A stretch of DNA of 46,768 bases from an uncultured Acidaminococcales bacterium (GCA_964500055.1 CAZCMY010000002.1:2913-49680); one strand, 5' to 3'. Counted from the stretch's first letter, positions 1 to 11,139 are shown. Notes: generated by a model from the sequence alone, not told the origin. Translations and numbers: made by a program.

Positions 1-3000
1 TTATCATTTCAATTGCCAATTCCAGATAGGTGGCTGTATCTTTATCATTAACTTTTGCTGCATTCCCTTGTGAATAAACTTCCTGAACAACTTTTTTCAT
101 ATAATCAAGACCATTCAAGACAAGTGCGGCATCAAATTTCGGAGCTCTTACTGTAAAATAAGCAGCGTAGAACTCTTTAGGGTGATGCACTTTACAGTAA
201 GCAATCCTATAGGCCATCATTACATAGGCGACAGCATGCGCCTTTGGGAATAGATATTGGACCTTATGACAAGATTCAATGTACCACTCTGGTACATTAG
301 CTTTTTTCATGCTATCCAATAAATCAGGAGGAAGTCCTTGTTTATGAGCCTTACCTTTTCTGCAGGCCTCCATTATTTTAAAAGCTTTACTTGGGTCGAC
401 ACCCTTTGCTATCAACGATGTCATTATGTCATCCCTGGTTGAGATAGTATCATCAACTGGAATACCAGATTTAATCAAATCCTGGGCATTATTCAACCAA
501 ACATCAGTACCATGTGAATAGCCGCTGACACGAACTATATCACTGAAATTCTTTGGCTGAACATCTTTGATCATCTGCCTTACAAAATGTGTTCCAAATT
601 CAGGTATGCCGTAGGTGCCAACATCACTGTTGATTTGTGCTGCAGTCACACCAAGTGATTCTGTTGACGAAAACAATGACATAGTTTCAGGATCACCAAA
701 AGGAATACTTTTTGCCGGTATACCTAGCATATCTTCCAACATGCGTATTACGGTCGGATCATCATGGCCAAGTATATCGAGTTTAACGAGCCTGTCGTTA
801 ATTGAATGATAATCAAAATGCGTTGTAATGGTACCGGAATTTTTATCATCAGCTGGATATTGCACCGGAGTTATATAGTGAATATCCATATCACGAGGTA
901 CAACCATAATGCCTCCCGGATGTTGGCCGGTAGTACGTTTGATGCCAGAAAACCCTGCAATAATACCATCAACAAATGCGTTTCTTACCTCTTTACCCTT
1001 ATTATCATAATACTTTTTGACAAAACCATAGGCGGTTTTATCAGCTATTGTTGCAATGGTGCCGGCACGAAAAACATTGTCACGACCAAATAAATCTTCC
1101 GTATACTTATGTGCCTGTGGCTGGTATACTCCTGAGAAGTTCAAATCGATATCAGGTACCTTGTCACCATTAAAACCCATAAAAACGGCAAACGGAATAT
1201 CATGCCCATCTCTTACCATAAAAGTTCCGCATTCAGGGCAACTCTTTTCTGGCAAATCGAATCCGGAGCCGTAGCTGTTATCCGTAATAAACTCACTATA
1301 ACGGCAATGAGGGCAACGATAATGAGGCTTCAAAGGATTAACCTCAGTTATATCAATCATCGTTGCAACCAACGATGAGCCTACTGAACCTCTGGAACCG
1401 ACAAGGTAACCATCATCTAAAGATTTTTTTACTAATTTATGAGCGATGAAATATAAAACGGCAAAACCATTACCGATAATCGACTTGAGTTCCATCTCAA
1501 TGCGATCACTAACAATCTGGGGTAGATCATCACCATACCAATCATGCGCTCTTTGATAAGTCATTTCCCTTATCTTTCGTTCTGCGCCTGGTATAATCGG
1601 AGAATATAACTGATCTCGGTCAGGGATCGGCTTAAATTTCTCAATTTGGTCGCTAACCAGATTTGGATTAGTTACAACAACCTCCAAAGCAGCTTCGTCG
1701 CCCAAATATCTGAATTCTTCCAGCATTTCCTCAGTAGTACGCAAATACAAAGGAGCTTGCAGGTCAGCATCACTGTAACCTTGTCCAGCTTGCAAAATGC
1801 GACGCAATATTTCATCCTCAGGATTCAGGAAATGGACATCACATGTAGCAACTACAAGCTTATTAAGCTCTTTACCTAGCAGATATATTTTTCTGTTAAT
1901 GTCTTCTAAATCAGTTGTATTAGCAATCTGTGGGTATGCACTATCACGAACTAAGAACATATTGTTAGCAACTGGCTGAATTTCTAAATAGTCATAAAAT
2001 TGAGCTATTTCTCTAATTTCTGCATCTGATCTGCCACTAAGAATAGCTTGATAAAGTTCACCAGCTTCACACGCTGAACCAATCAACAGCCCTTCTCGAT
2101 ACTGGCTTATCAGTTCTCTAGGTATACGCGGACGCTGTTTCGACAAATATTTTAAATGTGAAACAGATATCAAACGATAAAGATTACGTAATCCTTCAGG
2201 ATTTTTTGCCAAAACAATTATATGATAGGAGCGCTGACTGTCTACTGTTGGCAATAAATATCCTTCAACGCCGAAAATTAATTTAAAATCAGTATTTTCA
2301 ACTTCATCATACGCAAACGGAAAGGCTTGAACAACGCCATGGTCTGTAAGAGCTATAGCTGAATGTCCCCATTTTTTGACGGTATTCATCAAGTCTTTAA
2401 TGGGTGTTACGGCATCAAGTCTACTCATCTTGGTATGACAGTGCAATTCAACTCGCTTATGCTGAGCTGTATCCATTCTCGATTTTTTAGAAATGGCACA
2501 TATACCATAAGGATTAAACATGACAATCTCATCATGCTCATATCGGTCAGGCTTCACATTGCCACATACTCTTATATTCATGCCTTTTTTTAACTTAGCT
2601 TTGAATTGTTCACATTCTTTTCTTGCGTCATTACTCTTTTCGTTGTCACCTTTAAAGTCACCAAAACGAATTTTGAGCAACAATCCATCAGTATCGTCTT
2701 TAATAGCAATCTTTAGTATTATTGCTCCTGTCCTTAGTTCACGCTCTTCAAAAGTTACTACTGTACCTTCAACTGTAACTTTATTTTCCTCTTCACTAAC
2801 ATCACAAAGAGGTCTGACTTTGCCATTAAATTTTTTACCGTAAATCATATCGTCATTGATCTTATTGGTAGTTTTGCTCTCTTCTTTTTGTAAAGAACGG
2901 ATATAGTCTTCATCAACTACTTCGTTATTATATTCACATACGCAGCTTTCTGCTGCGGAAAATTCTACTTCAACGTTGCTAAGCAAAAAATCATTCTCAA

Positions 3001-3466
3001 GAATATCACGTAATAAAACATCAAGATGTTTCTCACTAACATACTCAAGTATTGTATCCCCTGTAAAAAGTATACTAAGTTTCAGATTTTCTTCCAGCCA
3101 TTCAGCAGCACGTAAAAGAGGTGCTGCTTCTGAGCACCTCAATCTAACTTTAGCAATAATGTCCTCTTTGTGTTCCAAAAAAGAAAAAGATTCTACTTTC
3201 TTAGCTGTTAGCTCTTTATTCACAAGATCGACAATTTTTAAGCCACATATATTCTTTAATGTAAAAGCTATTTTTTCTAGCAGGTCCTGACCAATTTGAA
3301 CTGAAGAATGGTATTCTATGGTCAACTTTTTCTCAATCGAGTCTATAAAAACCCTAGAAGGATTTATTTGTTCAAGTTTCTTCAGTTCTTCATCTAAAAA
3401 GTCTTGACCATTCAGAAAAGCAAAAAAGTGACTCTTATCAGGGCAAATAGAAACTATCTCCTTCAT
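1..3466 (-). CDS. polC: DNA polymerase III PolC-type alpha subunit, N-terminal ~1155 codons (C-terminus lies beyond window start)
   Basis: Absent from the ORF track because there is no in-window stop. The reverse strand reads MKEIVSICPDKSHFFAFLNGQDFLDEELKKLEQ... from ATG 3466, with GGAGG 5 nt upstream; an alternative in-frame ATG is at 3478. The same frame is still open at position 2 (...GNAAKVNDKDTATYLELAIEMI). It sits next to proS as in other Firmicutes. Frame continuity in between was only spot-checked. Confidence 0.88.
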   Translation of the reverse strand, partial: MKEIVSICPDKSHFFAFLNGQDFLDEELKKLEQINPSRVFIDSIEKKLTIEYHSSVQIGQDLLEKIAFTLKNICGLKIVDLVNKELTAKKVESFSFLEHKEDIIAKVRLRCSEAAPLLRAAEWLEENLKLSILFTGDTILEYVSEKHLDVLLRDILENDFLLSNVEVEFSAAESCVCEYNNEVVDEDYIRSLQKEESKTTNKINDDMIYGKKFNGKVRPLCDVSEEENKVTVEGTVVTFEERELRTGAIILKIAIKDDTDGLLLKIRFGDFKGDNEKSNDARKECEQFKAKLKKGMNIRVCGNVKPDRYEHDEIVMFNPYGICAISKKSRMDTAQHKRVELHCHTKMSRLDAVTPIKDLMNTVKKWGHSAIALTDHGVVQAFPFAYDEVENTDFKLIFGVEGYLLPTVDSQRSYHIIVLAKNPEGLRNLYRLISVSHLKYLSKQRPRIPRELISQYREGLLIGSACEAGELYQAILSGRSDAEIREIAQFYDYLEIQPVANNMFLVRDSAYPQIANTTDLEDINRKIYLLGKELNKLVVATCDVHFLNPEDEILRRILQAGQGYSDADLQAPLYLRTTEEMLEEFRYLGDEAALEVVVTNPNLVSDQIEKFKPIPDRDQLYSPIIPGAERKIREMTYQRAHDWYGDDLPQIVSDRIEMELKSIIGNGFAVLYFIAHKLVKKSLDDGYLVGSRGSVGSSLVATMIDITEVNPLKPHYRCPHCRYSEFITDNSYGSGFDLPEKSCPECGTFMVRDGHDIPFAVFMGFNGDKVPDIDLNFSGVYQPQAHKYTEDLFGRDNVFRAGTIATIADKTAYGFVKKYYDNKGKEVRNAFVDGIIAGFSGIKRTTGQHPGGIMVVPRDMDIHYITPVQYPADDKNSGTITTHFDYHSINDRLVKLDILGHDDPTVIRMLEDMLGIPAKSIPFGDPETMSLFSSTESLGVTAAQINSDVGTYGIPEFGTHFVRQMIKDVQPKNFSDIVRVSGYSHGTDVWLNNAQDLIKSGIPVDDTISTRDDIMTSLIAKGVDPSKAFKIMEACRKGKAHKQGLPPDLLDSMKKANVPEWYIESCHKVQYLFPKAHAVAYVMMAYRIAYCKVHHPKEFYAAYFTVRAPKFDAALVLNGLDYMKKVVQEVYSQGNAAKVNDKDTATYLELAIEMI

Positions 3467-3495
3467 GCTTTCCTCCATAGATTATCTAAATATTA

Positions 3496-4170
3496 CTAAA
3501 CAACATTTTCCAATGAAATAACACCATCAATTGCTTGAATACCAGCAATTATATCGTTATTATTTAGATCTTTATTGATTTTCAAAAACAATTCAAGTGA
3601 AATTGTATCCTGTAAATCATCATTTTTAAGATTTATATTTCTAACTTTAATCTTTTGCTCAGTAAGATATTTTAATATTTCACTTACAGCGTCAGAATTA
3701 TTATGTGCAACAATATGAATATAACGTCTTTCTATACGAGTAGCACCGGGGAATTTCTTTTCCCAACCGTGAAAAACAACAAGAGTAACTAGCATAATAA
3801 CTGTTGAAGCAATGCCAATTTTTATCATGCCACCGCCAATTGCAAGTCCAATTGCAGCAACCATCCAAAGACTAGCAGCCGTGGTCAGCCCACGAACCGT
3901 TAGTCCTTCATGTAATATTGTGCCAGCACCTAAAAAACCAATTCCGCTGACGACTTGAGCCGCAATTCTTCCGGGATCTCGTGGAACATCAAACCCATCA
4001 AAGGCGTACATGGAAACTACCATTATCAGTGCAGAACCGGTACAAACCAAAATATGTGTACGTAATCCAGCCGGGCGGTCGCCACTGCCTCTTTCAATGC
4101 CGACAATGCCACCGAGAAAAGCTGCCAAAAACAAGCGCATAAGCATTTGAAAGTCAAGTGAATCAAACAT
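3496..4170 (-). CDS. mgtC: MgtC/SapB family membrane protein
   Basis: Has the MgtC-type N-terminal membrane domain (GGIVGIERG...RPAGLRTHILVCTGSALIMVVS) plus a soluble C-terminal domain. The track ORF starts at TTG 4191; I prefer ATG 4170, which has GGAGGA 8 nt upstream. Confidence 0.8.
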   Translation of the reverse strand: MFDSLDFQMLMRLFLAAFLGGIVGIERGSGDRPAGLRTHILVCTGSALIMVVSMYAFDGFDVPRDPGRIAAQVVSGIGFLGAGTILHEGLTVRGLTTAASLWMVAAIGLAIGGGMIKIGIASTVIMLVTLVVFHGWEKKFPGATRIERRYIHIVAHNNSDAVSEILKYLTEQKIKVRNINLKNDDLQDTISLELFLKINKDLNNNDIIAGIQAIDGVISLENVV

Positions 4171-4223
4171 TAGAAAATTCCTCCAGAACAAATAATAAAA
4201 AACAAACTATTTAAGTCCAGTTC

Positions 4224-5933
4224 TTAAAGCTCTGACAATAATTTCTTGACGGCTACCACATAATCATCATTGAGAGGTAAACTGATAACCTCGCCGGTCT
4301 TTCTGATTTTTACTTCAATTTGTTTTTCTGTTAATGTTTTCGGTCCGATTACAACACGGATAGGATAACCAATGAGGTCAGCATCTTTAAATTTAACGCC
4401 TGGACGTTCTTTTCTGTCATCAATAGCAGCTTCAATTCCTGCTTTGAGCAAGTTAGAATATACTTCTTCAGCCAATTGACTAGAAAGTTCATCTTTTACA
4501 TTTACCGGAACAACGAGAACTTGATATGGAGCTATTGCAGCTGGCCAAATAATTCCATCTGCGTCATTGTTTTGCTCTATTGCAGCAGCCATTGTGCGGC
4601 TAACGCCAACACCATAACATCCCATTACCATAGGTTTCTCTTTGCCGTTTTCATCCAGGAAAGTCGCCTTAAGTGCTTCACTGTATTTAGTAAATAATTT
4701 AAAAACCTGTCCAACTTCAATACCACGGGCTTTAGAAATCTTACCACCACAATGCGGGCAAGCGTCGGTTTCTTGAATTAATCTTATATCAGCAACATGA
4801 GTTGGTGTGAAGTCGCGGCCCGGATTCACATTGAGGTAATGTGCATCACTCTTATTAGCGCCGCAACAAAAATTATGCATATTCATGACACTGCTATCAA
4901 CGACAATTATTACTTTCTCAGGGTCCATACCTACAGGTCCCATATAGCCGCCAACTGTTCCCGCTTTTGTAAGATCCTCTTCAGAAGCCATCTCAAGATC
5001 TATGACATTGCAGGCATTGATAACCTTTATTTCATTTACCTCATGATCACCGCGGACGAAACACAAAATTAGGCCCTTCTCACTTGTGTACGCAACCGCT
5101 TTAACACTTTTCTCAATTGGTAAGTTCAGGTAGCTGCAAACATCTGCAATAGTTTTACAGTTTGGCGTGTCAACGCTCTTCAACTCTTGCATTAACTCAT
5201 CTACGCAGGTAATAGGTGCCAACTCCGCTTTTTCAACATTGGCTGCATAATCACATTCATTACAAAAAACAATTTCTGCTTCACCGCTATCAGCGATAAC
5301 CATAAACTCATGTGAACCGCTTCCACCAATCGCTCCTGAATCAGCTTCAACAGGTCTGAAATTCAAACCGCAGCGATTAAATATTCTGGTATATGCGTCA
5401 TACATGGCTTGATAAGATTTATCCAGCGCTTCTTCATCACGATCAAAAGAATAAGCATCTTTCATAATAAATTCACGGCCGCGCATCAAACCAAACCTTG
5501 GGCGACGTTCATCGCGGAATTTATTTTGAATCTGATAAACATTTAAAGGCAATTGGCGATAAGACCGGATATCTGCTCTTATCAGTGTTGTAACCATTTC
5601 TTCATGTGTTGGTCCCAAACAAAAGTTACGGTTATGTCTATCATTCAAGCGGAACATTTCAGCTCCATAAACATCCCAACGGCCGCTCTCCTGCCACATT
5701 TCTGCCGGCTGTACTATCGGCATTAATAACTCTTGAGCACCCGATTGATCCATTTCTTCCCGAACTATTGTTTCAATCTTCTTTAAAACACGCAAAGCAA
5801 GAGGTAAATAACTATAAATGCCACCAGCAGCCTTACGCATAAAGCCGGCTCTCAGCATTAATTGATGACTTACAACCTCGGCCTCTGCAGGTACTTCACG
5901 TAGTGTTGGCGCATACAATCTTGAAACTCGCAT
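4224..5933 (-). CDS. proS: Prolyl-tRNA synthetase, bacterial type with INS editing domain
   Basis: 569 aa with class II aaRS motifs, typical ProS N-terminus [19 protein letters not shown]. Its ATG shares one base with the ispG stop (TAATG). Confidence 0.95.
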   Translation of the reverse strand: MRVSRLYAPTLREVPAEAEVVSHQLMLRAGFMRKAAGGIYSYLPLALRVLKKIETIVREEMDQSGAQELLMPIVQPAEMWQESGRWDVYGAEMFRLNDRHNRNFCLGPTHEEMVTTLIRADIRSYRQLPLNVYQIQNKFRDERRPRFGLMRGREFIMKDAYSFDRDEEALDKSYQAMYDAYTRIFNRCGLNFRPVEADSGAIGGSGSHEFMVIADSGEAEIVFCNECDYAANVEKAELAPITCVDELMQELKSVDTPNCKTIADVCSYLNLPIEKSVKAVAYTSEKGLILCFVRGDHEVNEIKVINACNVIDLEMASEEDLTKAGTVGGYMGPVGMDPEKVIIVVDSSVMNMHNFCCGANKSDAHYLNVNPGRDFTPTHVADIRLIQETDACPHCGGKISKARGIEVGQVFKLFTKYSEALKATFLDENGKEKPMVMGCYGVGVSRTMAAAIEQNNDADGIIWPAAIAPYQVLVVPVNVKDELSSQLAEEVYSNLLKAGIEAAIDDRKERPGVKFKDADLIGYPIRVVIGPKTLTEKQIEVKIRKTGEVISLPLNDDYVVAVKKLLSEL

Positions 5934-7003
5934 TAATTAATCTTCCTCTCAATAAGTATTTTATCAATTTCAGCAAAAAGTGCTTCAATAATTTCTTCTT
6001 CGCGAACCTTTTTAATGATTTTACCTTTTTTAAAGATCAATCCCTCGGAAATCCCACCAGCAATACCAATGTCGGCTTCTCTGGCTTCACCTGGTCCATT
6101 TACTACACACCCCATTACAGCAACTGTAATAGGTTCTTTAATATTTTCTAAGCGTTTTTCAACTTCAAGAGCCAATTTTTCAAGCTTGATTTGTGTCCTG
6201 CCACAAGTAGGACAAGAAATCAGGGTCGGTCCGTATTCACGTAATCCTAAGGCTTTTAATATCTGATAGGCAACTCTTACCTCATTTGCTGGATCTCCAG
6301 TAAGAGAGACTCGAATTGTATCACCTATGCCTTCAGCCAACAAAGCCCCTATCCCTACAGCAGACTTAATAATGCCGGAATTAACTGTACCAGCCTCTGT
6401 AATGCCAACATGAAGCGGATAATCACATTGTGCTGCCATTAATCTGTAAGCAGCAATTGTCAAAGGAACATCGTGTGCTTTTAAAGAAATTTTGATATTC
6501 CGATAATCATGCTCTTCCAGTATCATAATATGGCGCCACGCCGCCTCAACTAAAGCCTCCGGTGTAGGATGACCGTATTTCAGCAATATATCCTTAGGTA
6601 AAGATCCCGCATTAACTCCAATGCGAATTGGAATATTTCGTTCCGAAGCTTTCGAAATAACCTGAGAGACTTCATCTTTACCGCCTATGTTACCAGGATT
6701 TAAACGTAAACCGTCTACACCAGCAGCAATAGCTTCCAACGCTAACTTGTAGTCAAAGTGAATATCAGCAATTAAAGGAATAGAAATTTGTTCCTTAATT
6801 GCGGAAAGTGCCTTCGCCGCTCTTAAATCAGGAACGGCACAACGAATGACATCACAGCCAAGTGCTGTCAATTCATTTATTTGGTTAACTGTTGCCTCCA
6901 CATTTTCTGTTTTTGTATTTGTCATTGATTGAACAGAAATTGGGGCATCGCCGCCTATAAATATATTCCCTAATTGCAATTGACGGCTTTTACGTCTATA
7001 CAT
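5933..7003 (-). CDS. ispG: 4-hydroxy-3-methylbut-2-enyl diphosphate synthase (MEP pathway)
   Basis: 356 aa, GcpE-like throughout ([23 protein letters not shown]). GGAGGA lies upstream of the ATG. Confidence 0.95.
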   Translation of the reverse strand: MYRRKSRQLQLGNIFIGGDAPISVQSMTNTKTENVEATVNQINELTALGCDVIRCAVPDLRAAKALSAIKEQISIPLIADIHFDYKLALEAIAAGVDGLRLNPGNIGGKDEVSQVISKASERNIPIRIGVNAGSLPKDILLKYGHPTPEALVEAAWRHIMILEEHDYRNIKISLKAHDVPLTIAAYRLMAAQCDYPLHVGITEAGTVNSGIIKSAVGIGALLAEGIGDTIRVSLTGDPANEVRVAYQILKALGLREYGPTLISCPTCGRTQIKLEKLALEVEKRLENIKEPITVAVMGCVVNGPGEAREADIGIAGGISEGLIFKKGKIIKKVREEEIIEALFAEIDKILIERKIN

Positions 7004-7027
7004 TTTTTATCCTCCAAGTTTAAAAGA

Positions 7028-8044
7028 CTATTTAGTCAAATCCATAATGGTTGCAACTAATGTAATGGCAAGAATGAGTGAAAACCCAATCATTTGAATT
7101 GTGTTCATTGTTTTTGCACTGAGAGGCTTGCCACGTAAAGCTTCTATACTCAGAACTATAAAGTGCCCTCCATCCAAGGCAGGTATTGGTAACAGATTCA
7201 TAATGCCTAAATTTATGCTTAAAAAAGCGACAAAGTTTAACAAAGGCATTATACCTTGCTGCGCTACTTCACCAGCCATCTGTGCAACGCCAATCGGGCC
7301 GGAAACATCAGCAGGAGCTCTGCCGGAAAAAATTTTAACCAGACCATTAACCATACCTATCATAATATTTTTTGTATAGGTAACAGATAATGTCGCCGCA
7401 TCAATGATTGATAATGATTGTTTTTCAAATTTAGGATAAACACCTATTAGCGGTCGTTTAAACTCTTCGCTATATTCCGAAACGATTTTATACTCACTAA
7501 TTTTTCCATCTCTTTGAACTTCTAACTTAACTTCCTCGTTAGGATATTTTGCTAATGTAGCCACGAGTCCGTCAAAGGTTCCTATGTTTTCGCCATTAAT
7601 TGATAAAATTCTGTCGCCTGCCATTAAACCTGCTTGCGCGGCAGGTTTTCCGTGTATTACCTCACCTATTACATTTTCGTTTACTGGCTGATCAATACCG
7701 CTTATAGCAAAAATACCAAAAAACAACAACACAGGTAAAATAAAGTTCATTATCGGGCCAGCTAGAATAACCAGCATGCGAGAAAAAATCGGTTTTGATG
7801 TAAAACCATCTGGCGTTGGTTCCTCATCAGGATCCATGCCAGCAATTTTATTATATCCACCTAAAGGGATCAAACGTAAAGAATATTGCGTTTCTCCTTC
7901 AGTTGTCTGATATATTTTTGGTCCAAAGCCGACAGCAAATTCATCGACCCTCATACCAGTAAGTTTTGCAGTAATAAAATGCCCAAATTCATGCACTGTT
8001 ACCAAAACGCCAAAAACAAAAATTGCAGCAAATATTGTAGTCAA
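7028..8044 (-). CDS. rseP: RIP (site-2) zinc metalloprotease RseP/RasP family
   Basis: HEFGH zinc motif in TM1, a PDZ-like middle region and a C-terminal LPIPALDGG motif. TTG start with GGGAGGA 7 nt upstream. Confidence 0.9.
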   Translation of the reverse strand: MTTIFAAIFVFGVLVTVHEFGHFITAKLTGMRVDEFAVGFGPKIYQTTEGETQYSLRLIPLGGYNKIAGMDPDEEPTPDGFTSKPIFSRMLVILAGPIMNFILPVLLFFGIFAISGIDQPVNENVIGEVIHGKPAAQAGLMAGDRILSINGENIGTFDGLVATLAKYPNEEVKLEVQRDGKISEYKIVSEYSEEFKRPLIGVYPKFEKQSLSIIDAATLSVTYTKNIMIGMVNGLVKIFSGRAPADVSGPIGVAQMAGEVAQQGIMPLLNFVAFLSINLGIMNLLPIPALDGGHFIVLSIEALRGKPLSAKTMNTIQMIGFSLILAITLVATIMDLTK

Positions 8045-8064
8045 AAGTTATCCTCCCAACATCT

Positions 8065-9222
8065 CTAATTTAATTTTCTTATAGTTAACCTAGCATTAGT
8101 CCTAGATTCTTTGTCAATATATTCAATATCATCGATTGTAGGATTGATAATATTTTTATGCATATCCAAAGTACTCAAAACAATTGCAGGAATATCTAAA
8201 AACTTAATTCTACCTGCTAAAAAGGCGTAAACCGCTTCTTCGTTAGCGGCATTGAAGGCGCATGGCGCTGTTCCGCCATTTTTTCCACATTCAACAGCAA
8301 GTTGAAGTAATGGAAAAGTTTCCACATCTGGCTGTTCAAAAGTTAAAGGTGATGCTTTAACCAAATCAAGTTGCCCAAAGGCATTATCCCATCTTTTAGG
8401 AAATGAAAGTGCGTATTGTATTGGCAACTTCATGTCCGTAAGTCCCATCTGTGCAATTACAGAGCCATCCTGAAACTCAACAAGGGAATGTACTATGCTT
8501 TGAGGATGCACAACTACTTCTATTTTATCGTAATCAATACCAAAAAGCCAGTGAGCTTCAATGACTTCAAGGCCTTTATTGGCTAATGTAGCAGAATCAA
8601 CTGTAATTTTCTTGCCCATACTCCATTTAGGATGTTTCAAGCATTGTTCCAGCGATACCTTTTCTAAGTCACTTCTTTGTTGCCCTCTGAAAGGACCGCC
8701 AGAAGCCGTGATTAATAAACGCTTAATTTCCTCATATCGTTCACCGTTGAGCGACTGAAAGATAGCACTATGTTCACTATCAACAGGCAATAATGAAACA
8801 CCATTTCTTTTAACTGCTTCGATAAAGAGTCCTCCGGCCGCAACAAGTGTCTCTTTATTAGCTAAAGCAATATTTTTTTTGTGTTCTACGGCTGCCAAAG
8901 TTGAGCGTAAGCCGGCATAACCAGATACAGCCGCAACTACTGTGTCAATTTTGCTATAAGTAGCAACTGTGAGAAGTCCCTCTTCGCCCGATAATATCTC
9001 TGTTTTGCCGTGATAGCGACTTCTTAGTCGCTTTGCAGCTTCAATGTCAAATATAGCAGCTATATCAGGATTAAATGCTCTGATTTGTTGTTCCAAAAGT
9101 TCATCATTATTATGCGCAGCAAGAGCTTCTATTTTAACTTTTTCAGGATTAGCTTTAACCACATCTAAGGTTTGCCTGCCTATTGAACCTGTACTGCCCA
9201 TCACAGCAATTGTTTTTATCAT
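8065..9222 (-). CDS. dxr: 1-deoxy-D-xylulose 5-phosphate reductoisomerase
   Basis: MIKTIAVMGSTGSIGRQTL... is a typical Dxr NADPH-binding N-terminus. The track ORF (to 9309) overlaps cdsA; I trimmed it to ATG 9222, which is preceded by GGTGGG. Confidence 0.94.
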   Translation of the reverse strand: MIKTIAVMGSTGSIGRQTLDVVKANPEKVKIEALAAHNNDELLEQQIRAFNPDIAAIFDIEAAKRLRSRYHGKTEILSGEEGLLTVATYSKIDTVVAAVSGYAGLRSTLAAVEHKKNIALANKETLVAAGGLFIEAVKRNGVSLLPVDSEHSAIFQSLNGERYEEIKRLLITASGGPFRGQQRSDLEKVSLEQCLKHPKWSMGKKITVDSATLANKGLEVIEAHWLFGIDYDKIEVVVHPQSIVHSLVEFQDGSVIAQMGLTDMKLPIQYALSFPKRWDNAFGQLDLVKASPLTFEQPDVETFPLLQLAVECGKNGGTAPCAFNAANEEAVYAFLAGRIKFLDIPAIVLSTLDMHKNIINPTIDDIEYIDKESRTNARLTIRKLN

Positions 9223-9247
9223 TTTAATAAGCCCACCTTTTATATGC

Positions 9248-10075
9248 TTATAGGAAAATATAAAGAATGAAATAATAAGTGATAGGTATCGCGAACAAAA
9301 CGCTGTCAAAGCGATCTAGAACCCCGCCATGCCCTGGGAAGACTTTGCCTGAATCTTTGACACCAAATGATCTTTTCAATAAAGATTCTACCAAATCTCC
9401 TAATGGGGCAAATAGAGCAATTAATATTGACAGAATAAATGTTTTTATGATGTCAAATGCGAGCAAATATGACCCTAGATACATTACGACAAGTATACAA
9501 CCAAGAAAGCCGGCAATTGCTCCTTCAATGCTCTTCTTGGGGCTAACAGCCTGGCAAAGAGGTCTCTTACCAAAAGCGCAGCCAAATATATAAGCAAAAG
9601 TATCACTGGACCATGTGCCAAAAAGAACCAACCAAAGAAACACTTCTCCTAATGGCATGCTTCCCATGCCATTAACATTAACTACAGATGAAGATACTTC
9701 ACGTAACATAGTAAAATGGGAAAACAATAATCCGACATATAAAACAGAAAAAGAAGAAAGTGCAACTTCTGGTGCCCAATTTCCTCTTTTATGATAATAT
9801 AATCCCTCCAGCATAATGGAAATTATAGCAGCCGTTAGAATTGGTACAAGAGTCTCTTTATAACCAAACGCAGGTACTATATTTAAGAGGGCCACAGCCG
9901 TACCACTTGTGAGGTAATAAACTTTGTAGCCCTTGCTGAGCATCATTACCCTGAACTCATACCAGCCAATAATGGCTAAAAGAAGGACAGCGGCTGCAAA
10001 TATTAAGCCACCACTTCTGATTAAAAAAAATGCTGCCGTGACGCCTAATATGGCAGTAAATGTACGTTTTAACAT
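9248..10075 (-). CDS. cdsA: Phosphatidate cytidylyltransferase
   Basis: 275-aa polytopic membrane protein with the CDS signature (SLLKRSFGVKDSGKVFPGHGGVLDRFDS). Position is conserved after uppS. Confidence 0.9.
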   Translation of the reverse strand: MLKRTFTAILGVTAAFFLIRSGGLIFAAAVLLLAIIGWYEFRVMMLSKGYKVYYLTSGTAVALLNIVPAFGYKETLVPILTAAIISIMLEGLYYHKRGNWAPEVALSSFSVLYVGLLFSHFTMLREVSSSVVNVNGMGSMPLGEVFLWLVLFGTWSSDTFAYIFGCAFGKRPLCQAVSPKKSIEGAIAGFLGCILVVMYLGSYLLAFDIIKTFILSILIALFAPLGDLVESLLKRSFGVKDSGKVFPGHGGVLDRFDSVLFAIPITYYFILYIFL

Positions 10076-10089
10076 ATCACACCCACTTG

Positions 10090-10875
10090 TTATTTGCTAT
10101 TTAAACCACCAAAACGGCGGTCACGTTTTTGAAAATCTTGTACTGCCTGTAAAAAAAACTCTTTGGAGAAATCAGGCCAATAAATTTCTGTATTCCAAAT
10201 CTCTGCGTATGCAATTTGCCACAACATAAAATTACTTACTCTGAGATCGCCGCCCGTTCTTATCAATAAATCCAGCGGTGGTAAATCTTTTGTATATAAA
10301 TAACTTTCAAAGCACTTCGTATTTATTTCATCAATCGAGAGAAGACCATCTTTTACTTCGGCAGCAATTTTTTTAACTGCTTCCAGAATTTCAGCCTGCC
10401 CCCCATAGTTAATTGCTAAATTAAGAATAATTCCTGTATTATCTTTCGTTTTCTGAATGGCATTATCCATTTTTTCCTGTACATTTTTTGGTAAGCCGTC
10501 GCGACTCCCCATGAAGCGCACACAAACATTGTTTTTCTGGAAAGTTTCAATCTCATTTGTCAAATAACGATCTAAGAGTTTCATAATAAAATTAACTTCA
10601 GCAGCTGGTCTTTTCCAGTTTTCTGTAGAAAAAGCATAGGCACTTAGTGCCTTTACACCAATATTATCCGCAATGCGTACAATTTCTTTTAATCTTTCTG
10701 CACCTGCATAATGACCATAAGTACGGGGTTTTCCCTGTTCCTTCGCCCATCTCCCATTACCGTCCATAATAACGGCGACATGCTGCGGAATAATTCTTGG
10801 GTCAATAAAACTCTCTATCAATTGTTTGGGAACCTGTTGTTCACTATTCTTTGATTCAAATATTTTTTTAAGCAT
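10090..10875 (-). CDS. uppS: Isoprenyl transferase / undecaprenyl diphosphate synthase
   Basis: cis-prenyltransferase motifs (HVAVIMDGNGRWA, FSTENWKRP, LLIRTGG..R.SNF..WQ). Confidence 0.95.
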   Translation of the reverse strand: MLKKIFESKNSEQQVPKQLIESFIDPRIIPQHVAVIMDGNGRWAKEQGKPRTYGHYAGAERLKEIVRIADNIGVKALSAYAFSTENWKRPAAEVNFIMKLLDRYLTNEIETFQKNNVCVRFMGSRDGLPKNVQEKMDNAIQKTKDNTGIILNLAINYGGQAEILEAVKKIAAEVKDGLLSIDEINTKCFESYLYTKDLPPLDLLIRTGGDLRVSNFMLWQIAYAEIWNTEIYWPDFSKEFFLQAVQDFQKRDRRFGGLNSK

Positions 10876-10903
10876 ATTATCGCACCGCCGTTAATAACTC
10901 ATA

Positions 10904-10947
10904 ATAGAAAAACAGGCGCAACCCCCTCTTATCTGAGGGGGTTGCGC
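10904..10947 (-). terminator. Rho-independent terminator after the ferredoxin gene
   Basis: Perfect 13-bp stem GCGCAACCCCCUC / GAGGGGGUUGCGC (10916-10928 / 10935-10947) with a 6-nt loop. It is followed on the minus strand by CUGUUUUUCU. Confidence 0.75.
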
Positions 10948-10958
10948 ATTTCATTTAC

Positions 10959-11135
10959 TCATTCAGGTTGTTTAATCGCACCTACTGGGCAAACAGAAGC
11001 GCATGCACCACACTCAACACATTCAGATTCAGTGATTTTATACTTAGCACCATCTTCTACGATAGCACCAACTGGGCATGTGCCAGCGCATGTTCCACAG
11101 CCAACGCATTCATCTTCATTAATTTTGTATGCCAT
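10959..11135 (-). CDS. 2x[4Fe-4S] clostridial-type ferredoxin (58 aa)
   Basis: Below the ORF-track size cut-off. My translation is MAYKINEDECVGCGTCAGTCPVGAIVEDGAKYKITESECVECGACASVCPVGAIKQPE, with two CxxCxxCxxxCP motifs. GGGAGGTG lies upstream inside the preceding ORF. Confidence 0.87.
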   Translation of the reverse strand: MAYKINEDECVGCGTCAGTCPVGAIVEDGAKYKITESECVECGACASVCPVGAIKQPE

Positions 11136-11139
11136 TTGT

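Noticed and set aside
615-3290. Eight plus-strand ORFs of 60-107 aa listed in the track
   Set aside because: All lie antisense to the continuous PolC reading frame. Their translations are low-complexity (Ser/Leu/Phe/Ile-rich), typical of the antisense strand of AT-rich coding DNA, and none has an RBS.
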